From: a virus
Lineage: Duplodnaviria; Caudoviricetes
Length of the DNA: 50,849 nucleotides
Virus record (IMG/VR): IMGVR_UViG_3300033156_000246
Span: 1-50,849 of that record
Strand: one strand, 5' to 3'
The notes beneath the pieces are model-generated. The model was not told the DNA's origin. It saw only the letters and a program-made list of their open reading frames with translations, and did no database searches. Both the position numbers and the translations under genes were made by a program. Each line of letters starts with the position of its first letter. The stretch's first letter is position 1. Shown piece after piece: positions 8,450-18,145 of the stretch.

Positions 8450-8870
8450 ATTGGTCAACTTAACACCACACAATGTAACACTCATTTTAAAGGGCGGTGA
8501 GCAGCATTCAATACCACCATCCGGGATTGTAGCACGAGTAACGACAAAGCAGGAAACCGTAGAGCTGATTGAGTTAGAAACCGATAGAATTATTGCAACA
8601 GTACCAGTGGTCAAATCAGAGTTTGCAGAAGTGCATGGACTGCCATTAGCATGTGAGAACTGCAAACGATATGACGAGTGTGAGCTGTACTTCAAAGAAA
8701 AGCAAATCTGTGGTTTCCAAGAGCCAGAAGAGTACTACATTGTCAGCTCACTGGTAGCTATGGCTATGCATGGACGAAGGGATATTGTAGCTCCAGATAC
8801 CTCACCTAACGGTGTAGTCAGAGATGAATATGGAAACATTATAGGTGTTAAGAGGTTTCAGAAGTGGTAA
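8430..8870 (+). CDS. Conserved viral protein (NLTPH family) with Cys-rich insert
   Basis: LVNLTPH N-terminus, YIVSSLVA...RRDIVAP, RDEYGNIIG motifs. Confidence 0.7.
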   Translation: METTKIRLVNLTPHNVTLILKGGEQHSIPPSGIVARVTTKQETVELIELETDRIIATVPVVKSEFAEVHGLPLACENCKRYDECELYFKEKQICGFQEPEEYYIVSSLVAMAMHGRRDIVAPDTSPNGVVRDEYGNIIGVKRFQKW

Positions 8871-9157
8871 ACATGGTTGCTATAAAAGATGCTAGAATTC
8901 GTGTCAGAATTATAGAAGATGAGCTGGTCATTTCTCTCTGCGGAAGACGACGGAAGTATAACTACCAAGACCATATTTTTAAGGTCTGTTCAACCAAAGA
9001 TCCACAGCTAATAGAGGAATTTATACAGAAATTCGGACTTGGTGAATTTAAATTGGGTAATTGCCGGGACTATGGATTTCTTCTTGACAAATACCACTCA
9101 CATCCAATATACTGGTTTATATTTAGAAGTGGTGCTAGCAAATGGAAGTTTGGGTGA
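8864..9157 (+). CDS. Hypothetical protein
   Basis: ORF in operon. Confidence 0.6.
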   Translation: MVNMVAIKDARIRVRIIEDELVISLCGRRRKYNYQDHIFKVCSTKDPQLIEEFIQKFGLGEFKLGNCRDYGFLLDKYHSHPIYWFIFRSGASKWKFG

Positions 9158-9166
9158 GGTGATAGA

Positions 9167-9538
9167 ATGGGGGATTTGTATTGTAAAAAGTGTGGTGAGC
9201 CTTGGGAAGCTGCTGGTGTATTGCCAGCACTTGGTGGTAGAGAAGATGAGGCAGATATGACAAAAAAAGAAGCAGAGAGATTCATGAGGGGTGAAGGCTG
9301 TCCATCTTGTGGCTTTGGTCAATACTGTCCACTGTGCAAAGGAACTGGTGAAATAGACGAAGAGGAAGCCAAGTGGTGGGGTGAAGAAGCCGAACCCATT
9401 GACATAAGAGATGACGTCATGTATTTCAGATGTCCCAAGTGCGGTGGAACTGGAAAACCAAAAGGCAGTGATGAGCTCTACTACTCCGGACTTGTAGATG
9501 TTGATGGAGAAGTGGATGTTTTGGACTACATCTTTTAA
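9167..9538 (+). CDS. Zinc-finger protein (CxxCxGxG repeats)
   Basis: CKKCGEPW, CPSCG, CPLCKGTG, CPKCGGTG. Confidence 0.75.
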   Translation: MGDLYCKKCGEPWEAAGVLPALGGREDEADMTKKEAERFMRGEGCPSCGFGQYCPLCKGTGEIDEEEAKWWGEEAEPIDIRDDVMYFRCPKCGGTGKPKGSDELYYSGLVDVDGEVDVLDYIF

Positions 9539-9543
9539 AGGGG

Positions 9544-9789
9544 GTGTTGTGTGTGATAATCGAGAAGTATGGAAATATGGTTAGTTTGTACTATCCTGCA
9601 GATAGAACATATGTCTGTGCTGGGTATAATATATACGCAGTCAGGCTGTGGACTGAAAACAGCATACTACCAGTTGCAACCTTATTTGATGGAGAAATGT
9701 ACATTGACGAAAGTAATATAGTCAACATAAAGTACGATGCAAATAAAAAAGGACAGGTAGTATTGAACATAATATTAAAGGTGTGGTGA
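9544..9789 (+). CDS. Hypothetical protein
   Basis: ORF in operon. Confidence 0.55.
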   Translation: MLCVIIEKYGNMVSLYYPADRTYVCAGYNIYAVRLWTENSILPVATLFDGEMYIDESNIVNIKYDANKKGQVVLNIILKVW

Positions 9790-9794
9790 GAAGT

Positions 9795-10259
9795 ATGGAT
9801 GAGTTGGAAGCTTGCAGGTTGTGGATAAGTAGAGATTTCTCGATGATACCAGCAGCACTGATTGAGAGAGCATATGCTCCAGACTTTGAGGACATAGAGA
9901 TAGTTGCTCCAACAACGGATGCCATTGCAAAGGAGTTCATTGCTAAAGGAGAATGTGATGGAAACTGTGATTACTGTGTGGATTACAGCTGTGAAGAGTA
10001 CTACTACCATGCAGCTCCAAGAATCCCAATGTGGGGTTGGGTATTTGTTCCAGATGTCCCCATAGAACAGTGGTGGATTAAAAACAACGCTCAGGAAATC
10101 TACGAAAAGTGTGGTATTATCGTTTACTACACCGATGAGATTGGAGTCTACCTTGGAATCAACGGAGCTGGTTATGATTTCTACGAAGCTCACTGGTTGC
10201 CACTATACCGTTTAAGGGGGCTGAAGTGGCACAGTCAGGAGGCGGATAATGGCAGGTAG
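9795..10259 (+). CDS. Conserved viral hypothetical protein
   Basis: PMWG and LGINGAGYDFYEAHWLPLY motifs. Confidence 0.7.
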   Translation: MDELEACRLWISRDFSMIPAALIERAYAPDFEDIEIVAPTTDAIAKEFIAKGECDGNCDYCVDYSCEEYYYHAAPRIPMWGWVFVPDVPIEQWWIKNNAQEIYEKCGIIVYYTDEIGVYLGINGAGYDFYEAHWLPLYRLRGLKWHSQEADNGR

Positions 10260-10394
10260 TTTGAGTAGTTGGGACGTTGAGAAGAGAATCAACAGAGCAA
10301 AGAATATTGTAGAGCTGAAAAGAGAACTAATCAGGATTTTAAGTATAATTGTGGAAGACATATGGGAGCTGGAGAACAGAAGAAGGTGATGTGA

Positions 10395-10580
10395 GTGGTG
10401 TTGGGTGAACTATGGATTGATAACAGACACAGTATTGTGTACTTTACTCCACTTGGAAAAGAACGAGATGAGTCATGGTGGTTAGGTAGCTTTGAAAGAC
10501 TGAAAGAATATCTGGGTGATGAAACTACGAGACTCCTTGAAACTGAAGGATATGCTTTTGTTGACTTGACTTTACTCTGA
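10395..10580 (+). CDS. Hypothetical protein
   Basis: AGGTGA SD. Confidence 0.55.
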   Translation: MVLGELWIDNRHSIVYFTPLGKERDESWWLGSFERLKEYLGDETTRLLETEGYAFVDLTLL

Positions 10581-10756
10581 GAGGGTGGTGATTTTATTAC
10601 GGCAACATGGATGGAAGTGATGGTAAATGTTGAAGATATTGGTTGCGTAACAGTAGGGGTATTTTTTGATCTACCTTCTAGTGATTTGCGTATGTTAAAG
10701 GAAAAAATAGAGGAGCTTGGAGATTTTAAGTGTATGATTTTTGTTGGTGAGAGAGC

Positions 10757-10939
10757 ATGACAACAGTTTCTCCTGACCCTGAAGAAGACTTAGATTTGGT
10801 AAAAAGACTGATAGAGTGTAAGACCAGAATCGTCCATCTGGTCAGAAAAGTAGATGATGAAACAGCAAGAGAGCTCAAAGATGTAGAGTCGTCAATGGCA
10901 ATGGTAATAGATAGATTATGGACTAAGTTAAGGGGGTGA
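10757..10939 (+). CDS. Hypothetical protein
   Basis: GGTGA SD. Confidence 0.6.
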   Translation: MTTVSPDPEEDLDLVKRLIECKTRIVHLVRKVDDETARELKDVESSMAMVIDRLWTKLRG

Positions 10940-10969
10940 GTTAATACGTTCCATGTTTGGAGTGACAGT

Positions 10970-11170
10970 ATGGAAGATTGGGAAGAAATAGATTGGGATG
11001 AAAGAAGTGTGCAGCTATTGAAGGAGATACACCGATTGACAAGGGAAATAGAAAAGATAGACAACTATGGCAAAAAACATGCGGTAATAGCACTGATTGA
11101 AGAGTTGACGAGTGAGCCAGTAATTGCTAAAGACTACGTGATGGAAAAAGTGGAGTTACTATTTATGTGA
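10970..11170 (+). CDS. Hypothetical protein
   Basis: GGAGTGA SD. Confidence 0.6.
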   Translation: MEDWEEIDWDERSVQLLKEIHRLTREIEKIDNYGKKHAVIALIEELTSEPVIAKDYVMEKVELLFM

Positions 11171-11176
11171 TGTTCT

Positions 11177-11560
11177 ATGTCTAAGGTCGTTAGAAAATAT
11201 GGTGGTAGACCAGTAGATGCGTATGAGTTGTTTGTTGATTCAATTTTCTATTTGCTACACATTGATGGTAACGAAAAAACGAACTATTATCTGAAGCACT
11301 ATCCAGAAGCGATTGAGGATGCGAGGAGATTCTTCTTGAGAGAGTATGAGTCATGGGAACTAAAGGATGAATATTCGTTTAGGAGATTTTTACAGATACA
11401 AGAGAGTTTCAAAGGTTTGTATCACAAGTTCAAAAAAGAAGTGGCAGTCAAACATATCATTTGTTCAGAGGCAATAAAAGAAACAAATTATACACTCGAA
11501 GACGCTGGAGATTGCTATATGGCTGTGCTCAAGTGTCCTAAGTGTCCATGGAGAAGATGA
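11177..11560 (+). CDS. Hypothetical protein with C-terminal Cys cluster
   Basis: ORF in operon; CPKCPW. Confidence 0.65.
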   Translation: MSKVVRKYGGRPVDAYELFVDSIFYLLHIDGNEKTNYYLKHYPEAIEDARRFFLREYESWELKDEYSFRRFLQIQESFKGLYHKFKKEVAVKHIICSEAIKETNYTLEDAGDCYMAVLKCPKCPWRR

Positions 11561-11570
11561 ATATTTTAAG

Positions 11571-11948
11571 GTGGTGGAAAATTTGGAGGTGATAGATTTG
11601 AGTGAGCATAATATCGTTTTGGAAATTCCTCTCTGTGAACGAGAAATTAGAGATAGACTTAGAAAAATATATTGGAAATTTACTGAAATCTGGGATGGAC
11701 TTTTAAGCGGCTATGAGCCCTTCTTCGACGAGTATGGAAACCAGTGGGACATGCCTTATGTCGTCAAACCAAACAACGGGCAGGTGGTGATAACCTTCTA
11801 CGACGAAGACATCCCTGAGTTCATCGACCCCGAAGACCCCCAGATGCTGGACATGATCTACGATGCTCTAACTTACTCCATACTTGGCTATCTTGGTCTC
11901 GATGAGCAACAGGTAGATGTCTATGTTCCGATGTCCCATCTGTTATAG
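11571..11948 (+). CDS. Acidic hypothetical protein
   Basis: ORF in operon; D/E-rich. Confidence 0.65.
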   Translation: MVENLEVIDLSEHNIVLEIPLCEREIRDRLRKIYWKFTEIWDGLLSGYEPFFDEYGNQWDMPYVVKPNNGQVVITFYDEDIPEFIDPEDPQMLDMIYDALTYSILGYLGLDEQQVDVYVPMSHLL

Positions 11949-12126
11949 AACCTTTAAAACAAACAAAGCTATGCATGAGCACTTTAGAGAGCAACATGTT
12001 GGTAAGCCAACTGTTAAAGGGGCGATATATGCTCTACAACAAGGCTGCAAACCTGAACAACTCCGCAAACACGGTTATCCAGATGAAATTATCGAAAAAG
12101 CTTTAAATGCAATAAAAGGTAGGTGA
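11917..12126 (+). CDS. C2H2 zinc-finger protein
   Basis: FRCPICYRTFKTNKAMHEHFREQH. Confidence 0.8.
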   Translation: MSMFRCPICYRTFKTNKAMHEHFREQHVGKPTVKGAIYALQQGCKPEQLRKHGYPDEIIEKALNAIKGR

Positions 12127-12132
12127 ACCAGC

Positions 12133-12444
12133 ATGAGTAGTAGCTGTCCTTTTGCTGTGGACGACATTATAGTGCCAAAGGAACCAGACTACTACGAAAG
12201 AGTGTATAACATAAAATATAGAGTTATAGATACATTTAAATGTGGTATAATAGTCGAACCATTGATAGAACAAAGGTATATCGAAGAGATACGCAATACT
12301 CTCAGCAAAGAAATATACGAGCTGAACTGCACTTTACCGAGTTTTATCAGCATAAATGCTAAAGTGTCTGTGGATAAAGAAGTATACATATGGGATTTTG
12401 AATGGGAAGACTACGAGGTGGTTGAAGATGGGAGCACTGGTTGA
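12133..12444 (+). CDS. Hypothetical protein
   Basis: AGGTGA SD. Confidence 0.65.
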   Translation: MSSSCPFAVDDIIVPKEPDYYERVYNIKYRVIDTFKCGIIVEPLIEQRYIEEIRNTLSKEIYELNCTLPSFISINAKVSVDKEVYIWDFEWEDYEVVEDGSTG

Positions 12445-12634
12445 TACACTAACTGGATTTGCAGAAAGCGAAAAAGATAGCCATGCGTATATAATCATAG
12501 GTCAAGAGATTGAGCAGCTATACCTGTATTTGAGTAACTTAAAAGAGAGAGTCGAAGCACTGGAGCAGGAGAACAAACAGTTAAAGTTAAGAATAGAAGA
12601 GTTGGAACTGCATTATGGCGGTGCTAAGCTATGA
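12428..12634 (+). CDS. Coiled-coil hypothetical protein
   Basis: GAGGTGG SD before ATG 12428; leucine heptads. Confidence 0.6.
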   Translation: MGALVDTLTGFAESEKDSHAYIIIGQEIEQLYLYLSNLKERVEALEQENKQLKLRIEELELHYGGAKL

Positions 12635-12819
12635 TTGACGAAATAATAGAGGAGCTAAGTGGTATCGTTGGCAAGTCATGTTGGGTATGTAAACACCGCA
12701 GCAAGGAGAACTGGTATGAAGATGAGTTCTGCCACTTCTATCCGGAGCTGTGGGAAAGAGAGATTTTAAAGGGGAAGAAGTGCCCATACTTTGAGTTCAA
12801 AGGTGAAGGTGATGTTTGA
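12631..12819 (+). CDS. Cys-rich small protein
   Basis: CWVCKH...C...CPYF. Confidence 0.6.
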   Translation: MIDEIIEELSGIVGKSCWVCKHRSKENWYEDEFCHFYPELWEREILKGKKCPYFEFKGEGDV

Positions 12820-12973
12820 GACGTGGTATAAGGGACACCACATAGCACAGAACAAGAACGAAGGGGTGTGGATTATTAAGGGGTTGTTTATTGACGAAGT
12901 AGTGAGGTTAGATAGCCTGTTTGATGTGTTTGAGTATATCGATAAGAAGATTGAGGAGAGAAAGAAAAGGTGA
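12812..12973 (+). CDS. Hypothetical protein
   Basis: AGGTGA SD. Confidence 0.55.
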   Translation: MFETWYKGHHIAQNKNEGVWIIKGLFIDEVVRLDSLFDVFEYIDKKIEERKKR

Positions 12974-12977
12974 TAGT

Positions 12978-13184
12978 ATGGGGATTTATGTAATAGCTGA
13001 GTATGATGATGGAAAAGTTGAGAGAAAGGAGGCTGAGAATGATTTCCACGCACGCAATATGGCATATGCTGCAATGTTTATATGTAGGGAAGATGGAAAA
13101 ACGCCTACAAGAGTATCTATAGTGTTTGACTTTAAAGATGGTAAAGGAGTGATTTTGTATGGTGATGACGATGAGTGCACTTGA
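12978..13184 (+). CDS. Hypothetical protein
   Basis: AGGTGA SD before ATG 12978. Confidence 0.55.
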   Translation: MGIYVIAEYDDGKVERKEAENDFHARNMAYAAMFICREDGKTPTRVSIVFDFKDGKGVILYGDDDECT

Positions 13185-13252
13185 CGTACAGGTAGGTGGA
13201 GACCATTATAAGGAAGACCTGTTGATTGAGCTTGAGTATGGGGGTGATGAAA

Positions 13253-13618
13253 ATGCCGTGTGAGTATGAAGATTGTGAGTGGCTTATAGAGGAGATGTTT
13301 GGGACGTTTCCAGCTTTGGCTAACACGCTGAAGGAGATAGCAGACAGAATAGACGCTTTAAGGGGAGTAAGAAAAGTCCACGTTGTCCATGGTATCCACA
13401 CAGGCAGGTACAAGTTGAACGAAGCTGTAGAGAAGTTAGTTGAGGAGTACATAGCCGTCATTAAGCTGAATTCCAAGTTTGCCATAGTCGAAGGAAATGA
13501 CGATTGTTTCTACGTCCTTTATGCATCACCGTATTCAACAACATGGGCTTTTGAGGTTAAGATGGATAGCTTTAAGGAGTACCTCAGCTATGCCGATTGT
13601 TGCACACAGAATCTTTAG
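13253..13618 (+). CDS. Hypothetical protein
   Basis: GGGGTGA SD; exact start uncertain. Confidence 0.6.
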   Translation: MPCEYEDCEWLIEEMFGTFPALANTLKEIADRIDALRGVRKVHVVHGIHTGRYKLNEAVEKLVEEYIAVIKLNSKFAIVEGNDDCFYVLYASPYSTTWAFEVKMDSFKEYLSYADCCTQNL

Positions 13619-13644
13619 AGCACCTCATCCCAACCTCCACTCAA

Positions 13645-13750
13645 ACATCCTCTCAGACGTAATCTCAGCCATTCTGATGAAGAATTTCATCGACCCATAT
13701 GTAATAACACTTCTGATGTGAATTTCCTCTGAGAGCTAATCTGAGCTATA
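13645..13750. repeat. Dispersed quasi-symmetric element, copy 3
   Basis: CTCTCAGACGTAATCTCAG...TTCTGAT ... CTCTGAGAGCTAATCTGAGC. Confidence 0.85.
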
Positions 13751-13774
13751 CCTGTGACATAGCATACCATATAG

Positions 13775-14455
13775 GTGAATGTGATGATGTTCAATATACT
13801 CAAGACAGCTAAAGACTTCGGTATACACTGGACACTTAGAAAATTGCTGCTCAATTATTCAGTAGATAAATTTTACAACAAACCAAACAAGCTTTTAAAG
13901 GAGCTTGCTGAGGCTCAAGCTGTATTGAGATTTATTGAAAAGGCAAGAAAAGCTGATGTAATCTACGACCTTGCGTGTGGACATGGTTTTGTAGCAGCAT
14001 CCAACGCTCTGAGATACCCAAATAAGCTGGTTATTGGTCTTGACCTAAAACAACGTGAAGACTGGTTCAGATATTATCCCATACAAAATCTTCTGATGGT
14101 AGAGGCAAATATGTATGAGTTCAACTTTGATACCTTCAAACCAGACTTTATCTACGCTGTTCATCCCTGCCGCTCTCTTGCAGTCCACTGTATTGACATA
14201 GCGGCAAAATACGACGCCAAGATAGTCCTAATGCCATGCTGTGAAGACCTGAAATACATTCGAAGACTCTTTGACAACCATGATACTGTTTACAAATTCT
14301 TAGCAACTGAAATCTCCAAAGATAGAGCGAGATACATTAACTGGTGTGCGTCACTGGCGATGTATATAGAATCTCTTGGTTACACTGTAAAAGTTCATAG
14401 ACCAAAATTTTTATATAACTATACTCCAAAGGACATTATACTGTACGGGAGGTGA
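13775..14455 (+). CDS. Class I SAM-dependent methyltransferase (HxC...PCC type, possibly RNA-directed)
   Basis: Motif I YDLACGHG, GLD, AVHPCRSLA, LMPCC. Confidence 0.8.
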   Translation: MNVMMFNILKTAKDFGIHWTLRKLLLNYSVDKFYNKPNKLLKELAEAQAVLRFIEKARKADVIYDLACGHGFVAASNALRYPNKLVIGLDLKQREDWFRYYPIQNLLMVEANMYEFNFDTFKPDFIYAVHPCRSLAVHCIDIAAKYDAKIVLMPCCEDLKYIRRLFDNHDTVYKFLATEISKDRARYINWCASLAMYIESLGYTVKVHRPKFLYNYTPKDIILYGR

Positions 14456-14459
14456 TTGT

Positions 14460-14609
14460 GTGAAAGTACCAGTTAAGATATATTTTCCAAGAGCATTGTA
14501 CGACCAGATTAGTGAGACAGCCAAGCAGAATGGTGAAAAGTTCAGCGACACCGTAATTCGACTAATAGAGACTGCTTTAAAGGGCGGTAAGAAAAAGGGT
14601 AAGACATGA
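14460..14609 (+). CDS. Ribbon-helix-helix DNA-binding protein (49 aa, not in ORF track)
   Basis: GGAGGTGA SD; MKVPVKIYFPRALYDQISETAKQNGEKFSDTVIRLIETAL; ATGA overlap with next gene. Confidence 0.7.
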   Translation: MKVPVKIYFPRALYDQISETAKQNGEKFSDTVIRLIETALKGGKKKGKT

Positions 14610-15214
14610 CTGTGTTAGTGGGCTTTGCTGGAGCGAGTGGCAGTGGTAAAACTACACTCATGAACGAGCTACATGAGGAACTGGACAAAAGAGGCTACGA
14701 AGTCGGTGTGGTCAGTGAAGTAACCAGAACTCTATTCAAATCGTATAATTGCAGCAGCATGGATGAGCTGAGACAAAGCGGAGACCTTATGGACTTCCAA
14801 ACAGATATACTGGAGATGCAGTACCTGAAGGAAAAACAGGCTATGGAAATCTACGATATAGTGCTATCTGATAGAACTATCCATGACAACGTGGCTTATC
14901 TACTTATCCACCACAACAAGGACTTGAGTGGACTTATCAACTACTTCACAATCTACAACACCTTTAGACTTTTCCACAACTACGACTTAATCTTCTACTG
15001 TCCCCCACTATACCACGTGGACATTAGAGACGGCTTTAGAACCGAAGAGGACATTAAATCCAGACCCTTACAGGACGCCATAATCAACATCCTACTGGAG
15101 GCGTCTAACAACAAAGTGGAAAAAGTCCCTGCCTTAGTCCTCAGCAGCCCCTCTCACGAGATAAAACTTCGTACTGAATTTTGTTTACGTAAGGTGCTGG
15201 AGTTGATAGAATGA
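14606..15214 (+). CDS. P-loop nucleotide/polynucleotide kinase-like NTPase (NadR/AAA_28-like)
   Basis: GASGSGKTT Walker A, SDRTIHD, YDLIFY, DGFR. Confidence 0.8.
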   Translation: MTVLVGFAGASGSGKTTLMNELHEELDKRGYEVGVVSEVTRTLFKSYNCSSMDELRQSGDLMDFQTDILEMQYLKEKQAMEIYDIVLSDRTIHDNVAYLLIHHNKDLSGLINYFTIYNTFRLFHNYDLIFYCPPLYHVDIRDGFRTEEDIKSRPLQDAIINILLEASNNKVEKVPALVLSSPSHEIKLRTEFCLRKVLELIE

Positions 15215-15417
15215 AACCTGTATATATTGTCGTCGTATTGCAAGATGCTCCTTTTCCAGCAAATGTAGAAGCATTTGCTACATATGATGAAGCAAAGGAA
15301 TTTGCAGATAATGCCAAGATACAGTATGAGAGCAATAGAGTGTATATTTACGAGAGACATATTTGATAACTCTACTGTAAATACTGTAAAGTACTGTAAA
15401 TTAGGAGAGGTGGTATA

Positions 15418-15696
15418 ATGAGTGAAGAGGTATTTTTTGTGAAGTATATCTGCACGAATTGTGGTGCTGAGTGGATAGAGAAATTTAAACCAGATACGAG
15501 AATAATACAGGATTGGAAGGGCGTTGTTGTGATAGAGAACTACAGTAGTGTGTTTGGCAAGAGGAATATCTATCGTGTGAGATGTAATGTGTGTAAGATA
15601 CAAGACGGTGTTAGGGTAGTAGAAAGAACACCACTTAAAGGGGAGTTGATGGACAGTGAAGGACGATTTGACGATAGAAGAAATAATCAAGTATGA
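15418..15696 (+). CDS. Zinc-ribbon protein
   Basis: CTNCG...CNVC. Confidence 0.65.
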   Translation: MSEEVFFVKYICTNCGAEWIEKFKPDTRIIQDWKGVVVIENYSSVFGKRNIYRVRCNVCKIQDGVRVVERTPLKGELMDSEGRFDDRRNNQV

Positions 15697-15787
15697 AGGT
15701 TGGTGTGCAGTTGGATTTGAGTGTAAAGACTGTCCAGATAGGGATACATGCAAGCCAGATGAGTTTCCATTTGAGGAGGACTGATGA

Positions 15788-16018
15788 GTGATGAAGCTAA
15801 TCCCATGTAAGTGGCTTGACTACGAATCTGAGTACGACGCAGAACTTAGGACTTGTGAACCTGATTTTCCTGAGGTTAGATACTGGTACAGACATAACGT
15901 ACCATATAAAGGTGCACCAAGGAGAGTACAGTTCTGCAAAAAGCGTGGCAGAATCAACGGCATTTTTCAGTGTTATACAGGAGAGATGAGTTGCTATGAA
16001 CCAGCTGAGGAGAGCTGA
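15788..16018 (+). CDS. Cys-rich hypothetical protein
   Basis: GAGGAGG SD. Confidence 0.6.
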   Translation: MMKLIPCKWLDYESEYDAELRTCEPDFPEVRYWYRHNVPYKGAPRRVQFCKKRGRINGIFQCYTGEMSCYEPAEES

Positions 16019-16129
16019 TGAGCGATGGGTAAATGTAAAAACTGTCCGTATGAGTTATACCGAATTGTAAGGATTCAGGAAAAGCTACCTAGTGCTTGTG
16101 ATGTTTGTGTGTTTAAGGAGGATGAATGA

Positions 16130-17029
16130 ATGGAGTCAAAACTGCTCTCTTTTCCAAAAGTAAACCGTATAGACAAGCCAGCATTAAAGGATGTGTTGGA
16201 CGGTTTTGTATACGTTTTGGAGAAAGTAGATGGCAGTCAGTTCAGGATTCTAATAGACCCAAAGACTCAGACGTGGGATTGTGGGAGTAAGTCAGTAGAT
16301 GGTAAGGAAAATATAGACTACAAGATGTTTGAGGTTGCCATTAAAAGGGCTGAAGAAGTTGCACAGAGGTATTTCGAGAATTTTGATGACCCAATTGTTC
16401 TATACTGTGAGTATCTAAAAGAGCCAAAACATAACACACTCCAGTATGCACATGTTCCGAAGAACAACTTGTATCTGTTTGCAGCTTATTCCTTGTCAAA
16501 AGAAGATGAGATAGTACCAGAAGGCTTGGAGTATATTGCACGTAAGTTGGAGATAGACCCACCAAATGTTCTTGATTGCGGAGAGTTCAACGTGGAAGAC
16601 TTAGAGAAGTTCTTAGACACCAAGAGCTATCTTGGAAATGAGTTAGTCGAAGGTATTGTTTTGGTAAATACATCCAAGCTTGCACTGCCACCATACGATG
16701 CTTTGAACTGGAAGAAGAGAGCTAAGCTGGTCAGAAAGGAGTTCCAAGAGTTGAATAACCAAGAGTGGAAACAAAAGAAGAAACCACTTGAGACAAGATT
16801 CATTGAGACGTTTGTAAACGAAAATAGACTCCATAAAGTGATAAACAAGCTAAAAGAAAGTGGTGCTATTAAAGGGGAGATGAGTGATTTGCCGTTGATA
16901 TTTGAAGAATATTGGAAGGACTTACTTGAGGAAGAGTCAGACACAATAGCACAGATGACTGTTGATTACTTCAGACGCAGAGGTCAAAAGATTATCACAA
17001 AGTGGTATAAAAATATTGTTAAAAGGTGA
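16130..17029 (+). CDS. ATP-dependent RNA ligase (Rnl2-like)
   Basis: Motif I EKVDGSQ, LYCEY, YLF, EGIVL, AKLVRKEF. Confidence 0.85.
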   Translation: MESKLLSFPKVNRIDKPALKDVLDGFVYVLEKVDGSQFRILIDPKTQTWDCGSKSVDGKENIDYKMFEVAIKRAEEVAQRYFENFDDPIVLYCEYLKEPKHNTLQYAHVPKNNLYLFAAYSLSKEDEIVPEGLEYIARKLEIDPPNVLDCGEFNVEDLEKFLDTKSYLGNELVEGIVLVNTSKLALPPYDALNWKKRAKLVRKEFQELNNQEWKQKKKPLETRFIETFVNENRLHKVINKLKESGAIKGEMSDLPLIFEEYWKDLLEEESDTIAQMTVDYFRRRGQKIITKWYKNIVKR

Positions 17030-17316
17030 TATTTGTGAATATTGAGTATATTGATTTTGAGAACCTTGTTTGGACAGACATAAAGACAGCACCAGTATAT
17101 GGTAGAACATTAGTAGTCAAAAATTTAGGAGGCATAGACCATATAGAGCTATATCTGGTCTACAGAAATTTTGAGGAAACTATAACAGTAACTAAGTACA
17201 TCGGTCATGTTAAAAATGCAGATACAATGACATTTCACAATGTTACATATGTCGAGTTAGCAGAAAACGTATTGAAAATATACATTAAATCTTCAGATTG
17301 CGATTCAATAATTTAA
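17026..17316 (+). CDS. Hypothetical protein
   Basis: Coupled to ligase. Confidence 0.55.
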   Translation: MIFVNIEYIDFENLVWTDIKTAPVYGRTLVVKNLGGIDHIELYLVYRNFEETITVTKYIGHVKNADTMTFHNVTYVELAENVLKIYIKSSDCDSII

Positions 17317-17570
17317 GTGTATCCAGAAGTAAAGAGAAGAAGGTGAAAAAATGAAGGATCTAATAGGATATAGATGTAACGTATGGTGGTTGTATCAGAG
17401 GTGTTGAGCATGGAGTTCTATGAACCAAATGTTGAAGAAGAACATCCAGTTGTGTTCAAGTTGGTTTGTGTTGCTAAGAAATGTAGATATCGAGACAATG
17501 TAGCGTGGCTTGAGCTTACAGATTGTATAGACTGTCCATACTTAAGAGTATATAGAGAATAGGTGATTAC

Positions 17571-17696
17571 ATGAGGGATCTAATTGGTTATAGATGTAAT
17601 ATATGTGACTATGAGTGGTTTGTTCCGAGATGGTTAAACAAACCAATGTGCTGTCCAAATTGCATTAGTAGAGACTTTAAGGAGATGAAAAAATGA
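17571..17696 (+). CDS. 41 aa zinc-ribbon microprotein (not in ORF track)
   Basis: AGGTGA SD; YRCNICDYEW...CPNC. Confidence 0.65.
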   Translation: MRDLIGYRCNICDYEWFVPRWLNKPMCCPNCISRDFKEMKK

Positions 17697-17754
17697 GAGT
17701 AATATCTAAAGACATTCTCAATGAGCTCAAAGATGACTAAATAGGTGAAGAATT

Positions 17755-17964
17755 ATGAGCACTGGCTATACAGTATGGGAACTTAGTGATGAGCAGCTTG
17801 AGGAGTTGTATAATGCTGCAGATGAGGTAGTTCTTGAATACTGTAGTGAGTGTACGTTCAAAGGAGATGTGTGTCGTTATTTCTTTAGATCAATATGTCC
17901 AGCACTATGGAAAGCCATAAGAAGTAGAATTCACGAAGAAATCTCCAAAATGGTGGAAAAATGA
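17755..17964 (+). CDS. Cys-rich small protein
   Basis: CSEC...C...CP; AGGTGA SD. Confidence 0.6.
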   Translation: MSTGYTVWELSDEQLEELYNAADEVVLEYCSECTFKGDVCRYFFRSICPALWKAIRSRIHEEISKMVEK

Positions 17965-18145
17965 GGTGGTGTGAGTATGGGATGCTTTCTTGATGACTTG
18001 CTTGAAAAGCTTGTCCAGAATTTAGACAACACTGAGAAGGCAAAGGAAATTGTCGAACAGATACGTGAAGCATGTATTGAATGCAATCGACGCTGGATGG
18101 CAACGATGATGTACAGCTCCAACTGATGGTTAGACCACACTGCAG

